Positions 37,563 to 49,187 of a stretch of DNA of 64,000 nucleotides are shown piece by piece. This DNA is from Rhizodiscina lignyota. Taxonomy: Eukaryota. The notes under the pieces were generated by a model. It was not told the origin of the DNA and did no database searches. It was given only the letters and a program-made list of their open reading frames with translations. Within the stretch, counting starts at the first letter, position 1. The number at the start of each line of letters is the position of its first letter. A program made the translations under genes and the position numbers. The stretch covers positions 1 to 64,000 of the forward strand of contig ML978127.1 in the NCBI GenBank assembly GCA_010015805.1. The letters are read 5' to 3'.

Positions 37563-39715
37563 ATGTTCAAGATTCTGATTCTCTTCGTTATCGGGTTTGT
37601 GTCTATTTCCACCGCTTCCTATTCATCCTCGAAGCCCTTTGCTCATTTGTTGCAAAGACGACAAGCAATTACTTTCAGTTCTACCCCTTTCACAGTACCC
37701 GTAGTAGACTTGGGCTATGAGAGATACGAAGGATTTCGCAACTCGACTTCTAAGCTCGACATCTACAAGGGGTTGCTGTAATAAGCCGACCGCAAAATAA
37801 CTCGCTAATCGAACTTAAGTATCCGATTCGCAGCTCCTCCCATTGGGTCTCGAAGATGGCAAGCTCCGCAGGCGCCAGAGGTGAATCGTAGCAACCTCAT
37901 CTCAGCCACAGATTTTGCTCCGCAGTGTCTGCAGCAAGTGCTATCCACGGACGGTGGACCTAGTTTACCAATACCACCTGGGCTGACCAGTGAGGACTGT
38001 TTGTTCTTGAACGTCTGGTCGCCCTTTAATGCTTCAGACCTACCTGTGAGGCTCACCAACTCTTGGAGTGGGCTTCTGGATACTTATCATACGTCAGGTA
38101 TTCATTTGGGTTCACAGAGGGGGTATAACCTTGGCAATGGACAGCAGGACATGTCTGTTTTCATGAATACGAACAACAATAGTTTTGTTTCAGTCGTCAT
38201 TCAATATCGAGTCAGTCTGCCCCCGTCATCCTTCATGAATGCACTGACCCGAAACAGCTCGGAGCCTTTGGCTTCCTCTCGTCCGACGAGGTATTTCGGA
38301 ATGGCGTTACAAACGCTGGGGTGCTGGATCAGTACTTCGCCTTGCAATGGGTACAAGCATACATCGAACAGTTCGGAGGCGATCCAAATCGAGTCACCAT
38401 TGGAGGAGTCTCTGGCGGAGCTGGCGGAGTCATGCTCCTTGGCATGATGTATGGAGGAACTTTGGGCGACTCGTTATTCATCAATGTGAGTTAAACTGCC
38501 GTATCTTGCTTCTCGGAGTTTGCTAAAGTCCCCGGAAGACAATAGCAGCATCTCCGTACCTTCCTATGCAGTATGGCTACAAAGACTGGTTTCCGTCACA
38601 GTCATATTATGCTTTTGCAATCGCTGCTGGCTGCCCACCGACGAGAGCCTATGGCAATGGCTCGACCATCTTCGAATGCCTTGTAGGGAAGGAATCTAGT
38701 ACGCTTCAAAAGGCAAGCCAGCAGGTCTCGGGCTCGGAAAAGTATGGAACATGGGCTTTCCTGCCGGTTACCGATGGTGTTTTTATACAGCAAACGCCCA
38801 GCCAACAGCTCCTTCAGAAGAAGGTTAATGGCGTGAATATGCTGGCCGGGTAAATATTCCTTGCCACGTTCGCTGGAGCTGCGTTAACAAGAGTTCAGAA
38901 TAGTGCAGATGAAGGCCCGGGGTTCACCATCCAAAATATTGAGACGGAGGACGACCTCGTAGCCTGGCTCCGACTAACGTTTCCTCAATTCTCCGAATCC
39001 GACATATCGAAAATATTGTTGTACTATCTAAGCACTAATGCATCGGATACGGGCGACGCCGCTCTCTTTGCCACACCCGGAGACACTGGTCCCACAGCAA
39101 TAAATCAGAGCGATGTCGCAACTGGACAGCAGCAACGGGCCAATGTAAGTGTTATCCATATCCATTTAAGCGTCACACGAGCTAAGTTGAAGTTCGTAGA
39201 GTATATACGGCGACATCACCTTCGCGTGTCCGAGTTACTGGCTCGCGGAAGCATACACCGATTCTGACCACACAAGCTACAAATACCAGTACTCGGTCCC
39301 CGTTGCACTCCACAGTCTCGACGTGGATGCTTTCCTCGGCCCAGATCCGCTGCCGAACCAGGGCCCGGAGCTCGTCAATGCTATGATGCACATCTGGGGT
39401 GACTTCATCACCACCTCGTCACCCACACTTTCTCCCTCCACGTTCAGCAACTTCTCGTCCGGTGACATTGCGGCGACGCGGTGGCCCCCGTTCAGCATTG
39501 CGGAGCCGCATATGCTAAACTTGAATCAGACCAGTGGAAGGGAGGTTACAGTACCGATCATGCCGCCGCCCATGGTGGACACGTATTACTACAGAGAGAA
39601 TGTAGGGCCGGGATTGCAGAATGACTTCAAGATTGTTAATGCGTATGAGTGGGAAGGAGGTAGAGGAAAGAGGTGTGATTTTTGGAGGAGCGTGGGGAGT
39701 AAAGTGCCTGAATAG
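37563..39715 (+). CDS. Secreted type-B carboxylesterase, multi-exon; apparent 1-nt frameshift at 38116-38123 (possible pseudogene or assembly error)
   Basis: Signal peptide, VVDLGYERYEG, GIRFAAPPIG, SEDCLFLNVWSP, QYRLGAFGFL, NAGVLDQ, FGGDPNRVTIGGVSGG and FLPVTDG. The frame breaks in the HGGGY motif. Confidence 0.85.
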
Positions 39716-40045
39716 TGTCAAGTCGCGAGAAGCTTGTAGAATGAAGTGTCGGAAGATCAAAGCGTCTGCTCACAGCAATTGTAGAGATCGGACCAGAAGT
39801 ATACAAGAATTGATCACCTATTTTTGTTTTTTATATACAATCGAAGAAGCATCATAACAGCAACGCGCAAACAGTAAATCTAGCTATGTACAGGAATCCA
39901 GATTGAAGCGAGTGTCGTAATCGTAGAAGCTTCAAGGAAAATCGTAAGAAATATGTACAGAATACTCAAAGGAAAACCAAGCCGAAATATTTACAATTCC
40001 TTCCAAAACTGTCTCGTCGGTCGTTAATCACCGAGTCAGGTGCAC

Positions 40046-42125
40046 TTAAGCCCTGAACCTCCTGGTGTTGGGAAGACCACCGCTCTGGCAGGTCATGAGG
40101 AAGAACCTAGCGGTCGCACCGCCGTCCGAGAAGTCGAGGCCTTGAGCGCAGATCTCGTTGTCGCTGTTGAACTCGAGGCCGACCTGCTGCGTGCAGCTCT
40201 CGTCGCTGAAGTAGGTTATCTTGCAGGTGTTCTGGTCGGGGGTGTTGAAGCCGGTGAAGCCAACAGAACCAGTAGTGAGGCTGCCACTGCCATCAGGGTT
40301 GCTGACCGACAAGCATTGGTTTTGGACAAAGTTGATGTTTTGGGTCTGCTGGTTGGTCGTGTCGCATGTGGAGATGCCATCGGCTTCGAAGGCGCCTCCG
40401 CAGCACGAGTTGGCGAAAGCGGTAATGGTTACTTGAGGAGTAGACTGGGCTGGGGCAGAAGTCGTGGTGCTAGCAGGAGGAGCGGCAGTAGCGGAGGAAC
40501 CACCGACTGTCAAGCAGGTAGAGAACAACTGAGTCGAAGTAGAGAACAGTTGCTTCTTGTTTGGCAGGTTGTTCTGGTCAAGATTGCCGCTCTTCTCGCC
40601 TGCGAACAGGTCAAGCTGGGCTTGCACACCGACCTCAAGGCTTGCACCAGCGGTGGCATCGGTTCCACAGACGGTTCCGTCACCAGAAGTGCTTGCAGCC
40701 ACGCTGGCAGCAACAGTGAGATCAGGAGCAATAAGAGCAATACCAGCTGTGAGACCCTTGCTGAGGACAGTGAAGTCAAGCTCGAGAGACACCTCCGGAG
40801 AAACATCACCGTTCACCGTGACAGATCCATCGATAGATGGAGTGTTAGCGCTGAAGGTGGGTGTCCAGCCGCTGAAGGTGCTGTCGCCAGGAGAGAGGAC
40901 GTTGATGTCGGCAGTGGACGAGGGGTCAATAGAAACGCTGCCACCAACGGTCAAGTCAACCTCGGCGTCAATCTCAGAGATAGCAACATTGGCCTGGAAG
41001 TTGATGATAGGACCAATGTCGACTATGCCGGCGATCGGTGGGATGTCGTCAAGAGGAATCTGAGCAATCGTGAAGACGTCGTTGACAGCATTGGTCAGAG
41101 CACCCTTCGCTGCGAGCTTCAGGTTGATGTTGGCACCGAGGGGATCGGTTTGCGAGATCTTGGCGTGAATGCCTCCGGTGAGTGAGGCATCGAGCTCCAA
41201 GTTCAAGGTACCTGTGGTGCTGCAAGGGGCGCAGTCAAGCTCGAGCGTGACACCGCCTCCGATGTCCTTGGGTGGGACGATGGTACCGCTCAAATCATGA
41301 GCAAAGTTGACACTGGTGCTACCATCGATGGATGTTGGAATTCCAAACGAACGCTTGTCGTGCACCGTTGCGTTTCCGTTGTTGGCAATCGCAACAACGT
41401 TCTTGGTAGCACTTCCAGTAGAGAGACTTGGCTGGGCCAAGGACGTCTTGCTCGAAGCAGCGGACGCGGATGTTCCGTAGTGAATCTCGTAGTTACCCAA
41501 GACGTCAGCCCACTTCGCCTCCGCAGCGTCGAATGACACAGTGTTGTCGCCGAAAGTGGCCTTGGTAGCGGTGTAAGGGTTCCTATCGCCGTCATTGGTG
41601 CCACAGCCTGGCGCGTTGAGAACGAAGTAAATCGTGTTGCCATTGGTATTGACCCAGTTCCACGAGTCCTTTGCAGAGTCATAATCCTTGCTGTTCGTGA
41701 ATGAGAAGCTGATGGCGGAGCCAGTGCACTTGACATTCTGAACAGCCTGTTCAAAGTTCTCCAGGGACAAGTAGCGCTCACTGTCCTTTTGGGCCACACC
41801 AGTGACGTTGGCAGCAGGAGAGGAGCCTAATGCAGACATGTTAGAACAGCAGCCGTGATGAAGTGATGCAGCACCCTAGACAGGATCACTTACCAGAGCT
41901 CTTGCCCCACTGCCAGCTCTGGGACGAAGTCAAGTCAAAATTCGGCTGAGTGGCCAAGAAAACGCCGGAAGCGGACTGAGGCTTCACCGGAACGAGAGGG
42001 GCGGCCTTAGAAATCTTGGGCGCGGCGTCGGTTTCCCTTGCGTAAATGTTCATGCTTCTTGCAATTGGTCCTGCGGCAGCGAGGCCGGACAGGGCAAGAG
42101 CCGAAACGAGTCCTTGTGTAAACAT
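40046..42125 (-). CDS. Secreted multi-domain protein (about 670 aa), beta-rich and Cys-containing; intron 41827-41893
   Basis: Signal peptide MFTQGLVSALALSGLAAA, strong codon bias, AKDSWNWVN..GCG..RNPY block, LDCAPCSTTG block, S/T/A linker and Cys-rich C-terminal domain. Resembles fungal DUF7029/DUF7223-type proteins, from memory only. Confidence 0.8.
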
Positions 42126-42235
42126 GGCTAGAAACTGAAGTCGATGCTGTATATAATGCTAATTGATCGTAATCGAAGGAGTGTCGTCGAAAATGCAAAT
42201 TATTGCAAGAATATCAACAAAAATCCAGAATTCAC

Positions 42236-42280
42236 AAAGGAAATAAGGAAAAAAGGAAAAAAGGAAAAAAGAGAAAAAAG
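42236..42280. repeat. A-rich (GGAAAAAA)n tract upstream of the secreted-protein gene
   Basis: aaaggaaataaggaaaaaaggaaaaaaggaaaaaagagaaaaaag. Confidence 0.7.
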
Positions 42281-45200
42281 ACTATAGGAAATCTGTGTAC
42301 TGTTTTGCTTTGCTTGCTGTCGATGTCGATGGAGAAGAAACCTGAGATGGAGGAAATGAGGGTACTTAAGTACTCTGTGGAAAATCCACAACCCCTGTTC
42401 CAGTTCTATCTGATTATCTGATGGAACCATCTTTAGCTCACGCCCACATCACGAATCTCACGATGGTATCCACAATCAAAGCAAGCCCCCGCGTTAGAAG
42501 AGGTCCGATGGGGCAGTGTCTCTCTAGACTTCGCCCGCGGGGTTCGTACATGGACTTCATGTCAGCACAGAGATTACACTGGAGCGCGCATATCAAGGAA
42601 GTCTTCCCGAGTTGGTTGACGACCTGATGGCCAGGCCGTCATGACTGGCGCTGAGCGTTAACTAAATTTAACCAAGTTGACGTATTCCGCTCGGAGCGGA
42701 AAAGTTGTCGAGACCATGGCTTTAGCCAGCGCCACTGAGGCACTGCAGAGTCCTTGATGTCAAAATCGGTTAGTCCTTTAATTCGCAAGTTCGCAAGCCC
42801 ATATACCGATGCGACAAGTTTAGAACGGTGTGGCCAAACGCCTCTTCGGTGCGGCAAATGTTCGCCGGCGGTCGAGCAGCGAAGTTGCCAAGGTCTGATG
42901 CGACGCTGTGACCGAGAAGCACAGATAACGCCGGGTCATGAGGACGAGAACGCGAAGACCAGGTTCAAATGCTTTGTGAGCTTAGCAGCTTGGCTGTCAA
43001 GCAGCTGGAATGGAGGAACGAATAGGACGTCGAGAATTTTCATGAAACGAGTCAGTGCCAACCAAATCAGAAATGCTTATCACCTTTTTCCCAGCTTGGG
43101 GCGGAGGCTTGAGGTTTTGAGAGCATGGCGGTAAGGCGTGCCGCCTAGAGGACCTGTGGCCACTGTGCTCAATGCTTGCGACCATTGAGGTGAGCACCTA
43201 GCCGTGGTGAACGTTAGGAGGAGTCTCAGCCGGCCGATGTACCTGCATCAGGGGCCCTAGTGGGAAGCATCAGCCAACCATGTCCGTCAGCGTTATGCTT
43301 ATCGTTTAAGTTCTGATCGGCAACCATGACCGATGGCTGACACGAGGATTATATGAGACACTGAGAACTTAGAAATTGTACATACGGTTGCTTCCGGCTT
43401 TGTCTCGAGGAGGCAAATGTCGTGCTTTCGCTCTCGTCCGTCCGCATTCAGAGATTGCTCCTACCTTTGTCGATGTCAAGGTGACCTATTGTTCTCGCTC
43501 AGTAGAGAGCCAAGCACGAGAATCAGATTTTGGCATTCCCCATCCAGACGATGGTATTGAAGAAATACGATGCAAAGGTGCTCACTATGTCCGGAACGAG
43601 CTGCAAGTTGCACGCTTTACCAGGATCCAAGCCTTATCGAGCCAGAGCTGCGGGGTGATGTCTTTCTTCAGCTGGTAGCAGATGTAGAGGGGGTTAGGAG
43701 GCTGGCTGTGCTATCCAGAACTGATTAGTGCGTAGCGGACGTAGCTCTGTTTTGCGGAAATCACCGTGCCATGGGCCGGCGCCCCACAAGTTTTAACTGG
43801 ACGACCGATGAAATGAGAGCACTGCCAAGACAACAAATACTATGCATCCGGATGACAGAACATGCTGGTCGAAGCTAACTTCTATCTCTAATTTTGAGAC
43901 GTAGCTATCTTAATCTCTCCGTCCAGCATCGCTTGCGCGCTTTCCCGCAAACGCGCCCGCACCGGTATCAACAATGACTCGTGTTAACCTATACAGCAAG
44001 TTCGCGAAGAAGCAACAGTTCGTCTCACTCGTATTGTTGGAGGCGGATGGCGGGGGAGCATACTTCGGAGATGCGTCGGAGGGGCGACAACTAGAACTGT
44101 TCGTACGAAGGTTGCATTGTTCAACGGCCGAAATGGAGGGAGAACTTCGTTATCGCAAAGGCCGGTCTCCTACAGCAAACTTCGATTCATATCCTGGCAG
44201 TTTGATGTCGCACGACTCGCCATCTACTATTAATGCCGAGCGAGCCTTGTATCATAGAGCGGAGAATAATAGGCAAATGCTGGTAAAGCTGAAAGCAGCA
44301 TTACCTCTACTACGATAAACTCCTGCCTTCTTTGGCCTCGGAGAGCCGGAACACAAATACTGCGGCTTCTTTGGCTTACTGCGGATCGGCCTGGCTTGAA
44401 TATCTCGGAATCTGATGAGAGAAGATGTCTTTAGAGATTTGCAAGACAGACGTCTTCTGCTGAAACTATGCAAAGAATTCCGCAAACAGACTATGCTGGA
44501 ATAAACTGGAGAAGACGTTCGTTGTCAACACCAAAGTGCATCGATGAAACGATGGTCTCCATGCCTATTCATACGGCAGGAGGGACGGCTCAGCGGGTGG
44601 TCTTTTCAAGGCTCTTATCAGTGAGACTTAACCTCTCAGCGTGAACAGTCGTATACATGTCTTCCACCCTCGAGTCAGGGGATACGGACTATTGTCGGAA
44701 CAGCTTGTCATCCTCTCTGAAGTTTCCTCCCGAAATAAGCCTGCCTTAGTTCCGAAGTATCGATTTATCAACTGACTCCGGAATCCGTAGAATGGGGTCA
44801 GTGGAGTATTTCTCACGCTGGTGCACGAACAACCGCTGGGGCCATTTGAGGTTTCACAGCGACAGTGAAATCTCAAGCGCTTAATCGAATGGCACTCACT
44901 GCATGACTGAATTGTGTCGGAGAGGTAGAGGTCTCTCGTTGCGTAGCTCGCTTTTTCTCACCCCGTTGCGCCGTCAGCGTGGCTGATTCTTCCTACACAG
45001 TGTCTGTCCCACAGTCGAGACGACAAGAAACACAATCGAACCTTGAGTAGAAGGGATATATGGCGCCGTCGAGTCCATCGCTTCTCCGATTCTTCGCCAT
45101 ATTCTTTTTGTCTGCTTCCTACTCTTACTCATTTCAGATGATTCCAACATGGGGCGTTTCAACCGTAGGTCGAGACGTCTGATTGCGATGTATAATGAAG

Positions 45201-46383
45201 AGAAAGGAATGGCGAAGTGAGCTCCCATTGATTGGAACTCCTCTTTGGAGCGAATAAGAGCAGGTACACCAGTAATTTGATTATCCAAATTAGGACGGAT
45301 ATTTCTGGATTGGCAAAGACAGAGGCGGGAAGAGAGTCCGCGCTGCAAAGCTATGCGGCACTTCGCATCGCACCCCTCCTACGGGCTATGGTCGAGCGAG
45401 CCAAGTAATCTCCTCCAGGACGGCCTCTTTATAAATATCACGCAAGATTAGGAAACTCCGGGGGACCTCGGTGACTTACTGAAGCAATCATCGTGCAAGC
45501 AATTGAGTAATCATAACGCCGAAATATATGTGAGCTCGTGAGGAGCTCATGATCACATGGGCAGCCGCCATTCAGTGACACCATTTGTGTCGGTGTAGAA
45601 GGCTGGGTTCTTCGCAGTTTAGTCCTAGATGCGACTAGAGTCTCGATCGCTTCTTTCTTAGGTTCGAGAGCCGTTACGAAATGAGCGGAAGCTTCGCACA
45701 GCGTAAGCGAGCTGACACGACGAACCGAGACCTCTTCGGTTGCTTCAATTCCCTCTGCGCAAGGCCAGCTTTTGGGCTTTACTCTCCAATCGCCAATTTG
45801 ACGATTTTAGTGAGAACAGGAGTGTGGATGGGCGCAAAAAGAGGAAAGACGTCGTGGTGTTCTGGATGTTTCAGATGTGAGATGCGATGCCTCCCTCCCT
45901 GCAGCGGGACCAATGGCGTCCGGGGTAAGGGGGGCTCTAGGATAAACGCTGGGCCATGGGCCGGAGCAGAGTCAAAATGCACGTGCAATGCTTGGCACAA
46001 ACTCAAAAAACTCATTTCCGACCTCCCAATCATCGTTTCCGCCCTCGGGATATGCTTTTATTGTGCAGTTGTATTATAGGCACTGATTCTTGCCCATGCC
46101 TCGTTATTCATGATTGCCATTTATATCCTGATTGATTTGCAAAGAAGTATGAAACATCTCGAAGCGAGACTTCGCTGACAAAGAGTCCGCAATAGCTTTG
46201 ACTTGGTTCTGTCCACGAAGGTACACGCGTCCTGGATGTGTTACATTATGGAATCATGGAGATTTGTTCATGCTAAATATAGTCTGAAAACCCATCAACA
46301 GGGTCTCTATCTTTTCACGCATCTCGGTGCACACCCACCAAACTCCTATGCCAAACTCCGGGTCCACGCAGCGCAGTCCATCC

Positions 46384-47661
46384 TCAAAAGCTGGGAAGCA
46401 GAGGCTTCTGGTCCAATGCTTTCAAAGCTTCCTCAAGCGATGGCGGTGGCTGGTTTTTGTCGGCGATGAGCTTTGATTGCTCCTCTGGCGGCCACAGTTC
46501 GAATTCGGCGACGTTTCGGTCCCAAGTCTCAACACATGAGGGCTCCCAATTGCAGGATTCAATCTCGCCATACACAGGATGTTTCTGCCGAGCATGTTTC
46601 GTCGGCCAGCCAGAGGCGTGGTAGTGGTGCTTCACCAGCGCGCCGCGTGAGTCGTGATTCCCTGAATCGGAGTGTCCCTGGCCAGCTGCAAAAGCCTCAA
46701 CGTTGAGGACTAGAAAGCCGTTTATGAGCTTCGACTCTGCCAGGTCATGGAATGTGTCCCATGTCACTTCGTCGCCATAGTTGTCCACATTCATCTGCTC
46801 GAGCACAGCCATGGTGAATGCCGCAGGCCCGGTGCCAGCTATAACATCGTTAAAGTCGAGCTCGAGCTCGGATATTGGCACGCCTCGCTCTTTTGCCAGC
46901 TTTTGGAGCCAACGTTGTATATTCTCGATGAGCCGTATCATGACAGGCAGATGAGGTTTGCACATGAAAGTCCATTGACAGAAGGATTTACACTTTGGAC
47001 CCAAAATCGGATGATCCAAAAACGCAGGTTGGTCAATCTCTATTCCGATGACCATATCGACGTCTTGATTGTTGTACCGCTCGGGAATGAACTTGTTCAC
47101 AGGTCTAAGTGCTTCGACGTCGATGTCTGCATATACACCACCCTCTGCATACATGATCATGTAACGCAAGAGGTCTGCCTTGATAATGGATGCACTAATG
47201 CTTCGGTAGAGCTCGATGATGTCTGGCCTGTTTAAGCCATGCGGTCCATAATGCCACTCAATATATTCCAGTTCATTGTCATCGGTTAGAACTTCGTATC
47301 TGTGCTGCGGGTTTTTTGCAACCCAAGTGCGCGCCGTCGTCAGATCTCGAATATCGAACGTCAAAGGACCCGTTTTCCAAGTTTGCCATATTTTCCTCGG
47401 AATGCCGCCTCCTATCGATGCTTGTGATGGCTTGTATCTGAGCTCACGCTTGTATTTGCTGGCAGCTCTTATCGGCGCTGTGAAAAAGCTGGCGTTTGCA
47501 AAGATAACGACGAGTAGGATGAGAAGAAGATACACTGGCAACACTCTGCGAATCTGTGTTGACAGCTTGTTCCTGAAGATGCTCGTTGTTGGCGAATTCA
47601 TTCTAACCGCAGCGTCGATTCGGAGTCGCAGAGGTGCTGGTTTGGATAACTGGGAACGCAT
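46384..47661 (-). CDS. Glycosyltransferase family 32 (Och1-like alpha-mannosyltransferase), type II membrane protein, intronless
   Basis: N-terminal TM anchor, IPRKIWQTWK, KADLLRYMIMYAEGGVYADID (DxD), FCQWTF, TGPAAFT and LVKHHYHASGW. Confidence 0.93.
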   Translation of the reverse strand: MRSQLSKPAPLRLRIDAAVRMNSPTTSIFRNKLSTQIRRVLPVYLLLILLVVIFANASFFTAPIRAASKYKRELRYKPSQASIGGGIPRKIWQTWKTGPLTFDIRDLTTARTWVAKNPQHRYEVLTDDNELEYIEWHYGPHGLNRPDIIELYRSISASIIKADLLRYMIMYAEGGVYADIDVEALRPVNKFIPERYNNQDVDMVIGIEIDQPAFLDHPILGPKCKSFCQWTFMCKPHLPVMIRLIENIQRWLQKLAKERGVPISELELDFNDVIAGTGPAAFTMAVLEQMNVDNYGDEVTWDTFHDLAESKLINGFLVLNVEAFAAGQGHSDSGNHDSRGALVKHHYHASGWPTKHARQKHPVYGEIESCNWEPSCVETWDRNVAEFELWPPEEQSKLIADKNQPPPSLEEALKALDQKPLLPSF

Positions 47662-49187
47662 ATTAAGGGTATTACAAGCTATGGACGGGAAATGAAGGTC
47701 CTGGGTGGCGCTTGAATCTCTGGATTGATATTAGAGCAGGTGTTGGCGATCCCATTCCCCTCCCTTCATCGGACTCGAAATTCTAGCGTTTGCTGCATTG
47801 CACGCCTAGTACACAGTCACGTTCACGATACAAGGATGCAGTACCTTGCAGGCCATAAGGGCGGTCAGGATCAACTATGGAATTGTTTGACACAGGGCAT
47901 TTCAACTGCATCGTCTAGCGATTCCTGCATCACTCTCGTTGGATACGTCGTGCGAGATCAAATCAGAACGGAGTATTGCGCCGAGGCAAATATAGGGATG
48001 TGACGTTGAGCATGCATTCACGTTCAATAAGACTGCGGCAGCGATTTATTGGGCCTCTGTGGGTGTGTGGCGTATGACGGTATCGTTCTCCAGCTACGGC
48101 ACCGGTCCATGCGTTTGTTTTATCATGAAGTGCTACTGACGAATCAGAACGTGAGAATCCAATGTTCGTTGCACCGCACGGAAGTTTCAAGCTGATTGAC
48201 TGCATCTTGGATGGTCTGTGATCGGCTGCAAATTTCTGTTCCTGAAAGCTTGTGATCAACGATCAATTCACTTGCCAATTCTGCAAAGACTATCGTCATG
48301 TTCCCGCTCTCCCCACAACTTGTCTTTCTCGGTGTCTCGGGAAGTACACCACAATCATTATTGGCCAATTACGCCGATCTGCACGTGGAAATCGCTGGCT
48401 TCCATGCTTAATGCTCGTTTCTTAAGCAACTACGCTAGGAACTTCGGATCAAACCGAGTAGCTGCAGCACACCTCCCAGGACAACCCCTGGCACATGCCT
48501 CGGTCACAGTCCAGGCACGAGACAAACATCATTGGTCTCGGAGGACCGTGCCTGAGATATGTTCAAAATGGAAGGCGGTCTTTCCTCCCCCTCACTCTTC
48601 TGCAAGGTTCCGGGTCTTGCACATAGTTAACACCAATCACGTTGTGCGGAAGTCTTGATCACAATGGCTCCTTTCTCAGCTCCATGTCCACTCAACTGCG
48701 AACTAGTCTTTTCGCTAATGCTGCTGCGAAGTCTTCACAGGCCACCGCATCATAACCCTTGTCACCTCAGATGTATTATGAAAGCCAAAGCTTTATGATA
48801 TGGACCGTTACTCGCTCGAAGCTTGTGACGCGACATGGATCAATGCCGACAATCTGGCGATGATGGTTTCAGTCATCTTCTGGACATTTGGAGCACTACG
48901 AATCATGCAGACCCCGCTCAATATTGAAGGGCGGTATTGCTCCTGCTGAGGAGCTTGTTGCATGGTCAATTGACGAGGCAGAGACAATTCGTAAGCATAA
49001 TTGGAACTGCATCTCATCAAAGTTATCCACGAACACTATTGCATAACCTCTCTTTACCATCTCCAAGACCTGTCCTGTCAATTCAACATTCAGATAATCG
49101 AAGGAGACTCGAGCAACCGGATATTGATAAACGTCGCATCCGGCCAAAGAGGGTGTTCAGCGTTCGGATACGAAGATATCTATCACA

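Noticed and set aside
40040..41185. 381-aa plus-strand ORF
   Set aside because: Antisense to the strongly codon-biased secreted protein; no independent features.
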